From: a virus | Lineage: Duplodnaviria > Caudoviricetes | Length of the DNA stretch: 25,564 bases | Strand: one strand, 5' to 3' | Virus record (IMG/VR): IMGVR_UViG_3300006752_000194 | Coordinates: 1-25,564 of that record | Part shown: piece by piece, positions 8,894 to 15,946 of the stretch | How positions within the stretch are numbered: the stretch's first letter is position 1 | Layout: each line of letters opens with the position of its first letter | The notes under the pieces: generated by a model | Databases searched by the model: none | Told to the model about the DNA's origin: nothing | What the model saw: the letters and a program-made list of their open reading frames with translations, nothing else | Position numbers and translations under genes: made by a program

Positions 8894-9390
8894 TACTCTT
8901 CCTCTTCATCATTAGTTTCTCCAACATCATATTGTTGGAATCCAGTTTCTGTTTCATAGTCAATGTCTTCTTCTTCATATTCTATTTCCTCTGCTTCTGC
9001 ATCTATAGGAGCTTTGTCTGGTAATATAAAGATACCACTAGATGCTTGCATATTAATGTCTAACTTCTCAGACTTAGAAACTCCTACACGATCTAATAAA
9101 GACTGTGCAGCTACAAGTTTATTACTAGCCTGAGGTATTGGTTTATCTGAATCCATAATCTCTAAAAGCTTAAAAGCTGCTTTAGGGGCATTGTGTGCTA
9201 GTACATCCTTAGTTAGTTCTAATACTTCATTCTTTAAAGCCTTCAAGACTTGATAGTGTCCACCAGAGTAACCGGCTAATTCTGCTGCTATCTTAGCATT
9301 ACCTTCTGTTTCTATCAGATTATCTAAGAATAGTTGTTGTTTTTCTGTAAGCTGCCTAGCTTGTTGTGTGGTTGGTATAATACTGCTCAT
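8893..9390 (-). CDS. terS: Terminase small subunit (putative)
   Basis: LTEKQQLFL...AAELAGYS HTH pattern typical of TerS. Acidic tail. First gene of the packaging operon. Confidence 0.7.
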   Translation of the reverse strand: MSSIIPTTQQARQLTEKQQLFLDNLIETEGNAKIAAELAGYSGGHYQVLKALKNEVLELTKDVLAHNAPKAAFKLLEIMDSDKPIPQASNKLVAAQSLLDRVGVSKSEKLDINMQASSGIFILPDKAPIDAEAEEIEYEEEDIDYETETGFQQYDVGETNDEEEE

Positions 9391-9397
9391 GTAAACC

Positions 9398-9425
9398 AGT
9401 ATAGGGTTATATTAAAAAAAGTCAA
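9398..9425 (-). promoter_or_regulatory. Sigma70-type promoter for terS/late operon, apparently leaderless
   Basis: TTGACT-16 nt-TATACT, then 7 nt to the ATG. No SD. Confidence 0.65.
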
Positions 9426-9432
9426 GAAGGAC

Positions 9433-9461
9433 TTGACAAAAAGCTCTCTGGACTGTAGAAT
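9433..9461 (+). promoter_or_regulatory. Sigma70-type promoter firing into the giant inverted repeat
   Basis: TTGACA-17 nt-TAGAAT. Confidence 0.75.
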
Positions 9462-10405
9462 GAGGCTTGTCCGGTAGGCAGGTTAGTACCTATAGGATAC
9501 ACCCTCCACTAATAGTCTATTAAGCCCGACCTAACTGGTTGACACCCTAAACCCCATAAAACATTTAACCATGCCATAGATATATACGGAGGGTGGTATG
9601 GTCTCCTGCGTACCCCTAAAGAACCTGACGTATGAGCAGGCACTAGACCTACTATTGATCTTTTATCACAAACTAGCAAGACTAAATAAACTTCAAGACT
9701 ACTGAGTCCTACTGGATATACTTTAGGAAACCCCTTATAGTTTTGTAAAGCTTAGAAGCTTTTAAAAGTTTATATAGTCTTCATCAGTAAGCAAACATAG
9801 CAAGCTCTGAGTACATTGAGTTGGCTCTCCCCTCATCTAACTACCATATGATAAGCTTTGCAAGCTACACAGGGGTTACTGAGCTTGCCAGACTACTATA
9901 AGTGTAGGCTTCAACTCCAAAAACTATCTAGTTTACAAAGTTTACTAAGTTTGTAAGCATTAATATTATTATGTTTAAATTAAGAACTTCATAAACTTCA
10001 AAGGGTTAGATAGTTTTTGTAGTATTTCATATCCATTCCATATCCATATTATAAGTATCCATAGTTTGATATAGTCTATGAGTGTAAGAGCAAGCTAGAT
10101 AGTCCCGATCTTATGTAATCTTCTTGTGTATCACACTAGCTTTTACACTTAGAAGACTTGAGAAGCTTGCTATCCTTGAAGCACTAATCCCATATCCCTG
10201 TCCTGAAACTGTGTGTTTCTAAGACCTTGTAACGTCATAAGTGATCATTAATATCTCCTTGTACTTTTAATTACATATTACATGAAAACTTTATAGCTCA
10301 CAAGAGTCAAGACCCTGTAACAGCTAAAGCTTAACAGGCTCTAACCTCTGCTCTTGTAATCTAAAAGATTTCCATGTCTAATGTATGTAATACAAGGAGA
10401 ATATT

Positions 10406-10588
10406 ATGATACTAATAACCTTTCAAGATCAAGAAACTCATCAGTTTCAAAACAGTTTTATGGCAAAGTGCTTCATTGGATACCAATCCACTCAAGACCT
10501 CTTTGTTGTAAAAGTTAGATGTGATAAGGCATCTGATTACATTGCAATCGAAGACTACCTTAGATTGCTTAACACTAATATCCAATAA
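10406..10588 (+). CDS. Hypothetical protein (60 aa) in the right arm of the inverted repeat
   Basis: AAGGAG SD, intact ORF. Confidence 0.75.
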   Translation: MILITFQDQETHQFQNSFMAKCFIGYQSTQDLFVVKVRCDKASDYIAIEDYLRLLNTNIQ

Positions 10589-10605
10589 AACTAAGGAGTT
10601 ATAAT

Positions 10606-10881
10606 ATGGATACTACATTTGATATGAAAAAAGTGAAGCCTGAAACACTTAAAGGTCAGGCAACCTATAACCAATGTGTAGGACTTGCAAAGAAGTTCTC
10701 ATATGGTTTGAAAGGAAAAGAGTGGGGAGAGTCTTACTCTAGAATCAGAGCTTGTTTGCTTGCTGCTTCTAAAGAAGGAACTCTTTCTTTTGAAAAAGCT
10801 TCTGATCTTTTCAAGAAGAAGAAGCTTCCTAAAGTATATCAAGATAGAATAGCTGCATATCTTGATATTCATTCCGGCTAG
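10606..10881 (+). CDS. Hypothetical basic protein (91 aa) in the right arm of the inverted repeat
   Basis: TAAGGAG SD, intact ORF, followed by terminators. Confidence 0.8.
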   Translation: MDTTFDMKKVKPETLKGQATYNQCVGLAKKFSYGLKGKEWGESYSRIRACLLAASKEGTLSFEKASDLFKKKKLPKVYQDRIAAYLDIHSG

Positions 10882-10896
10882 TTTGTAGCTTTAAAA

Positions 10897-10929
10897 GGGA
10901 GTAGGTCTTATCACCTGCTCCTTTTTTTT
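10897..10929 (+). terminator. Rho-independent terminator
   Basis: GGAGTAGGT/ACCTGCTCC stem followed by T8. Confidence 0.85.
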
Positions 10930-10947
10930 GTTCTTGGGGTATTAAGT

Positions 10948-10977
10948 AGGCTTGGCAGTAGCCAAGTCTTTTTATTT
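10948..10977 (+). terminator. Second tandem terminator
   Basis: AGGCTTGGC-agta-GCCAAGTCT followed by a T-rich tail. Confidence 0.75.
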
Positions 10978-11062
10978 GCAGGAGACCATACCATATTAAA
11001 TATAAATCTAAAGTACTTCGTTATCGGATGTTAAAATAGGCGGCGGTGGGTGGAGGGCATAT

Positions 11063-11126
11063 TGTAAATAAATTGTATATAACTTGTATATATCCTGTAT
11101 ATAACTTGTATATATCCTGTGGATAA
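11063..11126. repeat. Six DnaA-box-like 9-mers at exact 11-bp spacing
   Basis: TGTAAATAA 11063, TGTATATAA 11074, TGTATATAT 11085, TGTATATAA 11096, TGTATATAT 11107, TGTGGATAA 11118 (perfect TTATCCACA on the minus strand). Confidence 0.75.
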
Positions 11127-11175
11127 CTTTAGTATTATATTAAGTAGGGGGCAAGCGGTGGAGGGAGTTAAAACA

Positions 11176-11226
11176 TGTACCTTTGCCTACTGTACCTTAC
11201 TAAACTATGTACCTATATCTGTACCT
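11176..11226 (+). repeat. Four TGTACCT direct repeats
   Basis: Copies at 11176, 11191, 11208 and 11220. Confidence 0.7.
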
Positions 11227-11262
11227 TTTAGACTACAATACGTTAAAAACTATTAAGATAAT

Positions 11263-11305
11263 AGATATAATAGACTTGACAAGATCATGCCGGTTGGGAT
11301 AAACT
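11263..11305 (+). promoter_or_regulatory. Early promoter 1
   Basis: TTGACA(11276)-18 nt-TAAACT. The 21-mer AGATATAATAGACTTGACAAG is shared with 11955-11975. Confidence 0.75.
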
Positions 11306-11368
11306 TTAAAGGGTCAGGGCAACGACCCAGACGTTTGTTTAAAATATAATAACCTGAGGAGGTTTAAT

Positions 11369-11668
11369 ATGTCAAAAATAAGTATTGGTGCTCATAAAGT
11401 AAACGATGTGGTGGTTTCTAATCATGTACACAGAGATACTAAGGGAGATGGTTGGTTTGTTACTAAAGATATCTTAGTTGTTAATACAGAAGGCGAAGAA
11501 ATATTACAGATTACTTTGTTTGCTGAACACTTAAGTGAATTAAAATTTAAAACTGTTGAGTCTTATGAGGGCAGGGAGGATGATATAGTTACTAAACGCT
11601 TTGGTGAAACTTTAGTAGATGATTTAACTAAAAATGATATTGATAAACGAGCTGTGGAGAATTCATAA
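11369..11668 (+). CDS. Hypothetical early protein
   Basis: 99 aa, GAGGAGG SD. Confidence 0.8.
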   Translation: MSKISIGAHKVNDVVVSNHVHRDTKGDGWFVTKDILVVNTEGEEILQITLFAEHLSELKFKTVESYEGREDDIVTKRFGETLVDDLTKNDIDKRAVENS

Positions 11669-11763
11669 TGGAAAAGATTATTCAAGATTGGGAGCTAGTT
11701 AAACAGCTCATTAAAGATATTGAAGATACTAGTGATGATGAACTTAATTTCGAGGAGGATTAA
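11668..11763 (+). CDS. Small acidic protein (31 aa)
   Basis: MEKIIQDWELVKQLIKDIEDTSDDELNFEED. GGAG SD, TAATG overlaps at both ends. Confidence 0.65.
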   Translation: MEKIIQDWELVKQLIKDIEDTSDDELNFEED

Positions 11764-11948
11764 TGAGTTTTAGAACTAAAGATTTAGCGTTGTACCATTA
11801 TCGTAACAAAGGTTACTACTTTGATAACTCTATGAGTATCAGAGAAGATAAATGGTACATGTTGAAAAAGGGCAAAAGCTATGTAGTTATAACTCCCAAG
11901 TATGATAATATACTGGGAACTAGTTGGATAGCGAGAAGCTTTGTTTAA
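11763..11948 (+). CDS. Hypothetical protein
   Basis: 61 aa, GAGGAGG SD. Confidence 0.7.
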   Translation: MSFRTKDLALYHYRNKGYYFDNSMSIREDKWYMLKKGKSYVVITPKYDNILGTSWIARSFV

Positions 11949-11954
11949 AATAAA

Positions 11955-11997
11955 AGATATAATAGACTTGACAAGGATTGTCGGGTCGGGTTATACT
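11955..11997 (+). promoter_or_regulatory. Early promoter 2
   Basis: TTGACA(11968)-18 nt-TATACT. Confidence 0.8.
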
Positions 11998-12071
11998 TTT
12001 AGGGCTTCGGCAACGGAGGTATCTCTTAGATACTTTTTTAATAATAATAATACCTGAGGAGGTAACAAGAT

Positions 12072-12473
12072 ATGAGTAAAACTACTTATACTGTAAAAGG
12101 GAGTGCGACTTCCACATCAATCGCAAATGCACCATTATCAATCCAAAAGATTTGGAATAGAGGAACTGAGTTAGGAGTAAATATCCTAAGAGTCAGAGCT
12201 GTTCAAGATCGTAATGAGATATCTACTGGTGCTACATTCGATGGCTATCACAAAGATAAAGTTTCTATCTATAGTCAGAAAGACAATCCTGCTAGAGAGT
12301 TATGGTTCAGAAGGTTTGTTAAACTAAATGAAGCTAACAAGAGTATGCAAGTTCTTGAAGTTGCAGATAACTTAGATGTTCAAGATACATTTGAAGTTAT
12401 GGACTCTTACAATACATTTGCCAATGGTAATGTATTTACTAGGTTCTTTAGAAAAGCCTTTAGCTTAGTCTAA
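12072..12473 (+). CDS. Hypothetical early protein
   Basis: 133 aa, GAGGAGG SD, with its own promoter and terminator. Confidence 0.8.
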   Translation: MSKTTYTVKGSATSTSIANAPLSIQKIWNRGTELGVNILRVRAVQDRNEISTGATFDGYHKDKVSIYSQKDNPARELWFRRFVKLNEANKSMQVLEVADNLDVQDTFEVMDSYNTFANGNVFTRFFRKAFSLV

Positions 12474-12483
12474 AGCAATCTTA

Positions 12484-12525
12484 GTGTAGCTAGGTGGGAG
12501 TGAACTATCTAGCTACACACTTTTT
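12484..12525 (+). terminator. Terminator-like hairpin
   Basis: GTGTAGCTAG/CTAGCTACAC stem followed by T5. Confidence 0.7.
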
Positions 12526-12541
12526 ATTTGAGGAGATAAAT

Positions 12542-13270
12542 ATGCCAAGTTATAAATTACTATCACAGGGTAGTATGAAGATTGACAAGAGCAACAAGAT
12601 ACAAGATAAATACTTCAGTAGAATATTATATCTTGCACCACACAACTTAGCTGATGGCAAGCGTACTGTATGTCCATATGCTACAGTTGCTAAATGCCAT
12701 GAGCCCTGTTTAAATACTGCCGGTATGGGTAAGTTTTCCAATGTACAACAATCTAGAATACGTAAGACTTTGCTGTTCTTAGATGAGTATGATACCTTTA
12801 TGGAGTATTTAGTACAAGACATCAACAAGTTTATTGGAGAGTGTTACAAGCTTAACAAGATACCATGTGTCAGGCTCAATGGTACTTCGGATATACAATG
12901 GGAACATCAATTGATTGATGGTAGGAATGTATTTGAGATATTCCCTGATGTATTGTTTTATGATTACACCAAGATACCTACACGAAAAGTTTCACATATC
13001 AAAAACTATCATTTGACTTGGAGTTACTCACAAGCTAACGACAAGTATGCTGAGTTATTTGATGATGTACAATGCAACAAAGCTGTTGTATTTAGAAAAG
13101 AATTACCTGATACCTTCCGAGGTTTCAAAGTAATAGATGGTGACAAACACGATATGAGATTTCTTGACAAGTCTAATGTAGTAGTCGGGCTGACTGCTAA
13201 AGGACCTGCTAAGAAAGATTATTCAGGGTTTGTTGTTGATAATTTAATAGAAGCGAGGGCAGTAGTATGA
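12542..13270 (+). CDS. GP88-family protein (Cys-triad, radical-SAM-like)
   Basis: CPYATVAKCHEPC, RLNGTSDI and FYDYTK motifs. Start moved to ATG 12542 behind GAGGAG. Confidence 0.7.
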   Translation: MPSYKLLSQGSMKIDKSNKIQDKYFSRILYLAPHNLADGKRTVCPYATVAKCHEPCLNTAGMGKFSNVQQSRIRKTLLFLDEYDTFMEYLVQDINKFIGECYKLNKIPCVRLNGTSDIQWEHQLIDGRNVFEIFPDVLFYDYTKIPTRKVSHIKNYHLTWSYSQANDKYAELFDDVQCNKAVVFRKELPDTFRGFKVIDGDKHDMRFLDKSNVVVGLTAKGPAKKDYSGFVVDNLIEARAVV

Positions 13271-13479
13271 TGATACTAAATTACGAAAGTAAAAAAGAGT
13301 TGAAAGAAAACATTGGTAAACCATTAAGGTATACTGAAACTTCTTTCTTTGGTGAGGAGTATAAAAGCAATGGTAGATTTTCAGGTTGTAATAGACCACA
13401 CGACCCAAGAGGTACTGGAACTAGAGAGTTCTTTGCCGGTGTTACAATGGTAGATGATTTAATTAGTGAGGTAGAGTAA
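13267..13479 (+). CDS. Hypothetical protein
   Basis: 70 aa, ATGA overlap. Confidence 0.75.
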   Translation: MMILNYESKKELKENIGKPLRYTETSFFGEEYKSNGRFSGCNRPHDPRGTGTREFFAGVTMVDDLISEVE

Positions 13480-13736
13480 TGATAGACTGGTCAGCAAGTG
13501 TAATAAAAAATTTAAAAGGATATATCGAAGAAGTTATTGAATATTCGGAGGAGATAGATGGAATTAAAGACGAACTTTATCGTAACCATCAAGCATCAGA
13601 AGACAATCACAGATATACAATGGACCATATTCAAGATGAATATGATAGAATAGAGAGTGATCTACAAGATGATTTAGATTCATTTCAAAATCAAATTGAT
13701 GAACTAAAACAAATGATTGAGGACTTACAAAAATGA
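13479..13736 (+). CDS. Acidic coiled-coil hypothetical protein
   Basis: 85 aa, GAGG SD, TAATG overlap. Confidence 0.7.
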   Translation: MIDWSASVIKNLKGYIEEVIEYSEEIDGIKDELYRNHQASEDNHRYTMDHIQDEYDRIESDLQDDLDSFQNQIDELKQMIEDLQK

Positions 13737-13993
13737 GTAATGAATTCAGAGAACAAGTATTAGAATATGTAAGTGATACAGTAGGTGAGATGTGGCAGTT
13801 AGAAACACGACCTGACTTAGAAAAAGACTGTATTGATTTTATAGTAGACGAGTATGTTGATGAAGGGTTTTCAAAAGATGATTTGTATATAAACTTTTTA
13901 ATGATAAAGTTTCTATCTAATCATTGTAGAGATGCAGTATCATCACAAGATTTAGAATATATGGCACAACAACAACAAGGAAATAATACATGA
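13733..13993 (+). CDS. Hypothetical protein
   Basis: 86 aa, GAGGA SD, ATGA overlap. Confidence 0.7.
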   Translation: MSNEFREQVLEYVSDTVGEMWQLETRPDLEKDCIDFIVDEYVDEGFSKDDLYINFLMIKFLSNHCRDAVSSQDLEYMAQQQQGNNT

Positions 13994-14319
13994 AAGCAAT
14001 ATTAATAAACGTAAAAGACCAATCAATAACTGAGGTAGAACATGATGATACTTTAGATAATATTTATGATCTTTTAAACTGCAGAACTTTTACTGTAGTT
14101 AGGATTGATGAAACAGATAGTATCTATGTAGATGATGAAGGTTTGTATGTAGACGATCAGTTATTCTTTGAGTATGGTGGGGATGAACAAGCTGCTAGAT
14201 TAGCAGGTAATGGATTGATATTAGGTGTAGATGATGAAGGTAATTCTACTAGTCCTAATATAACTGTTGAAGAAGTCCAAGGTAGAGTAGGCTTTTTACC
14301 ACCACAATACAGATGGTAG
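13990..14319 (+). CDS. DUF3846-like protein
   Basis: MKAILI...YVDDEGL...LAGNGLILGVDDEG. Confidence 0.7.
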   Translation: MKAILINVKDQSITEVEHDDTLDNIYDLLNCRTFTVVRIDETDSIYVDDEGLYVDDQLFFEYGGDEQAARLAGNGLILGVDDEGNSTSPNITVEEVQGRVGFLPPQYRW

Positions 14320-14552
14320 ACGTTGAAGTTTATGAGTATGACTACAATGATACCATGGTTAAATGGTATTGGAGTGATCAAGTAAAGAAAAACTGGAAGA
14401 CTTGGAAACCTAAAGTTGAAGATGTATTATTAGTAGACTTGACAGGCAAGAAGGAAAAAGGTATAATTGCCTTAGAAATTTTTGAAGGGGTAATGGATAG
14501 AGAACATCCTAAGAAAGTTAAACCAAAAGGAATATATAAAGTAAGGAGATAG
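14313..14552 (+). CDS. Hypothetical protein
   Basis: 79 aa, in operon. Confidence 0.65.
   Translation: MVDVEVYEYDYNDTMVKWYWSDQVKKNWKTWKPKVEDVLLVDLTGKKEKGIIALEIFEGVMDREHPKKVKPKGIYKVRR
14439..14467 (+). promoter_or_regulatory. Consensus sigma70 promoter inside a CDS
   Basis: TTGACA-17 nt-TATAAT, preceded by TAGAC as in the early promoters. Confidence 0.75.
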
Positions 14553-14831
14553 ATGGAAAGTTATTTAGTAGAAGTTATAGATGAAGAACATGAGTCTTGT
14601 GTTATAATAAATTTTGCAGAAAGTATACAAGAACTAGTAGATAATATAGTTTGTATGGATCAATTTGTATTTATAAAAAGAATCAAAAGAGTATCTGACA
14701 ATGAAGAAATTAAACTAACAAAAGATGTAATAGACTTAGAAGACTTAAGAATGTACAGGTTATTAATTGAAGATGAAGTATCACTAAGACAAACATTAAC
14801 AGACACAGAAGAGGAACAAAGTATACAATGA
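14553..14831 (+). CDS. Hypothetical protein
   Basis: 92 aa, TAAGGAG SD. Confidence 0.75.
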   Translation: MESYLVEVIDEEHESCVIINFAESIQELVDNIVCMDQFVFIKRIKRVSDNEEIKLTKDVIDLEDLRMYRLLIEDEVSLRQTLTDTEEEQSIQ

Positions 14832-14977
14832 GAACAGCTAATAAACAGATAGATCATAAATCTAAGACTGGTTCTAGAGGTAAGAAGACTTCGATTGGTA
14901 GAGGGAATGTAGGTTACTCTACTATGCCGAAACGTAAACGACAAACCTACAAAGCTTATAGAGGGCAAGGCAAATGA
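14828..14977 (+). CDS. Small basic protein ending YRGQGK (49 aa)
   Basis: Hand translation MRTANKQIDHKSKTGSRGKKTSIGRGNVGYSTMPKRKRQTYKAYRGQGK. ATGA overlaps at both ends. Confidence 0.75.
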   Translation: MRTANKQIDHKSKTGSRGKKTSIGRGNVGYSTMPKRKRQTYKAYRGQGK

Positions 14978-15099
14978 AAACTAAAGAACTAGAAAAATTA
15001 TTTAAAGATAGATTAGCTAAAGATGGCATAGATAAGAAATGGATGGATGAAAAACTTATCTTTGTTGGTTTGGATGACGAAGATACCAAAGATGATTGA
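14974..15099 (+). CDS. Small hypothetical protein (41 aa)
   Basis: MKTKELEKLFKDRLAKDGIDKKWMDEKLIFVGLDDEDTKDD. Fills the gap with overlaps. Confidence 0.6.
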   Translation: MKTKELEKLFKDRLAKDGIDKKWMDEKLIFVGLDDEDTKDD

Positions 15100-15295
15100 C
15101 ATATCAAATGCAACACTAGATGTTATACAAGCTATCAAAACAAATAAAGAAATACAGTTTGTTCATAGTGGCAATGTTCTTTGTACTGTTAAGCCTACTG
15201 CTTTTCATGGAGACTTTGATGGTATTGTAACAGACAACGAACAAATAGATTTTAGTTATATAGATAAATGGTTAGGAATTGTGGAGGAACGATGA
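15092..15295 (+). CDS. Hypothetical protein, weakly WYL-domain-like
   Basis: AIKTNKEIQFVH......TVKP resembles the WYL N-terminal pattern. Start uncertain (15092 preferred). Confidence 0.55.
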   Translation: MIDISNATLDVIQAIKTNKEIQFVHSGNVLCTVKPTAFHGDFDGIVTDNEQIDFSYIDKWLGIVEER

Positions 15296-15786
15296 ACATA
15301 TTTTATTTTAACAAATGTCCAATCAAAGCAGCAGAAGATCAACCCGATAAGATGCTAGTCAAGATGCCATTAGAAACAGCACAGATGTTATGCACAGCTC
15401 ATAGAGAGCTTGATGGTGATGAGTATGCTGATGCTAATGGTTTATACAAACGAGCATACTGGAATCACCCATGTACTATATGGGCTAGAGAAGCTAGTGG
15501 TAACTACGAATGGTTATATCAACACTTCCTTGCTCTATCTTTTGAGTACACATATAGGTATGGTAAGCAACATGCAAGCTATGTTAAGTTACACAAAGCA
15601 TTAGCTAAATGCCCTGACAATATAACACAAAGTAAAATGACTAAGCTTGCACAAGCTATGCCTGATGAATACAAACATCCAGACCCTATCGTTGCTTACA
15701 GAACATACGTAGTCAATGAAAAGCATTATGCTAAATGGGAGAAGGGCAGAGAGCAACCTAAGTGGTGGTCACATGACAGAGTATGA
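15292..15786 (+). CDS. Pyrimidine-dimer DNA glycosylase/DenV-like protein
   Basis: MNIF..., VKMPLETAQML, NHPCTIWAR, QAMPDEYK. GGAGG SD before ATG 15292. Confidence 0.75.
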   Translation: MNIFYFNKCPIKAAEDQPDKMLVKMPLETAQMLCTAHRELDGDEYADANGLYKRAYWNHPCTIWAREASGNYEWLYQHFLALSFEYTYRYGKQHASYVKLHKALAKCPDNITQSKMTKLAQAMPDEYKHPDPIVAYRTYVVNEKHYAKWEKGREQPKWWSHDRV

Positions 15787-15946
15787 TGTACATAAAATGT
15801 ATGAAGAGCAAGTTGAAAAGAATAGAATCACTTCTCTGCATGCAAATCATGGAGTGCTTGAAGTTAGATATGCTGATGGTACAATGGAAGTCTACAAAAA
15901 AAGTAGATGGAGAAGTAAATTAAAAAAAATAAGGAGAAGACAATGA
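15773..15946 (+). CDS. Hypothetical protein
   Basis: MTEYDVHKMY... with GGTGG SD-like site. Confidence 0.6.
   Translation: MTEYDVHKMYEEQVEKNRITSLHANHGVLEVRYADGTMEVYKKSRWRSKLKKIRRRQ

Larger units (their letters stand above)
9594..10993. repeat. ~1.4-kb imperfect inverted repeat (arms ~730 and ~670 bp, apex ~10326)
   Basis: Colinear perfectly complementary blocks: 9594-9609/10978-10993, 9668-9677/10877-10886, 9715-9729/10826-10840, 9801-9810/10745-10754, 9843-9851/10699-10707, 10041-10054/10599-10612, 10255-10263/10391-10399, 10300-10306/10351-10357. Confidence 0.92.

Noticed and set aside
1002-8959. Plus-strand ORFs and alternative-frame ORFs in the late arm (e.g. 1002-1238, 1592-1858, 3676-3900, 5883-6092, 8702-8959)
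   Set aside because: They shadow well-supported genes and have no SD or recognisable motifs.
9468-9593. Separate small RNA at the start of the rightward transcript
   Set aside because: Only short possible pairings (e.g. CACCCTCC 9500-9507 / GGAGGGTG 9588-9595) and no terminator; too weak to call.
9594-10993. Transposon/MITE with 16-bp terminal inverted repeats, or an invertible segment
   Set aside because: Complementarity continues all the way to the centre rather than only at the ends. No transposase, no obvious target duplication and no catalytic invertase in the window.
9594-10993. Amplification or assembly fold-back artefact
   Set aside because: Such chimeras give near-identical arms. 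Here the arms are heavily diverged and carry structured indels. Long reads would still be the decisive test.
11063-11226. CRISPR array
   Set aside because: Repeats are 7-11 bp with no 30-40 bp spacers.
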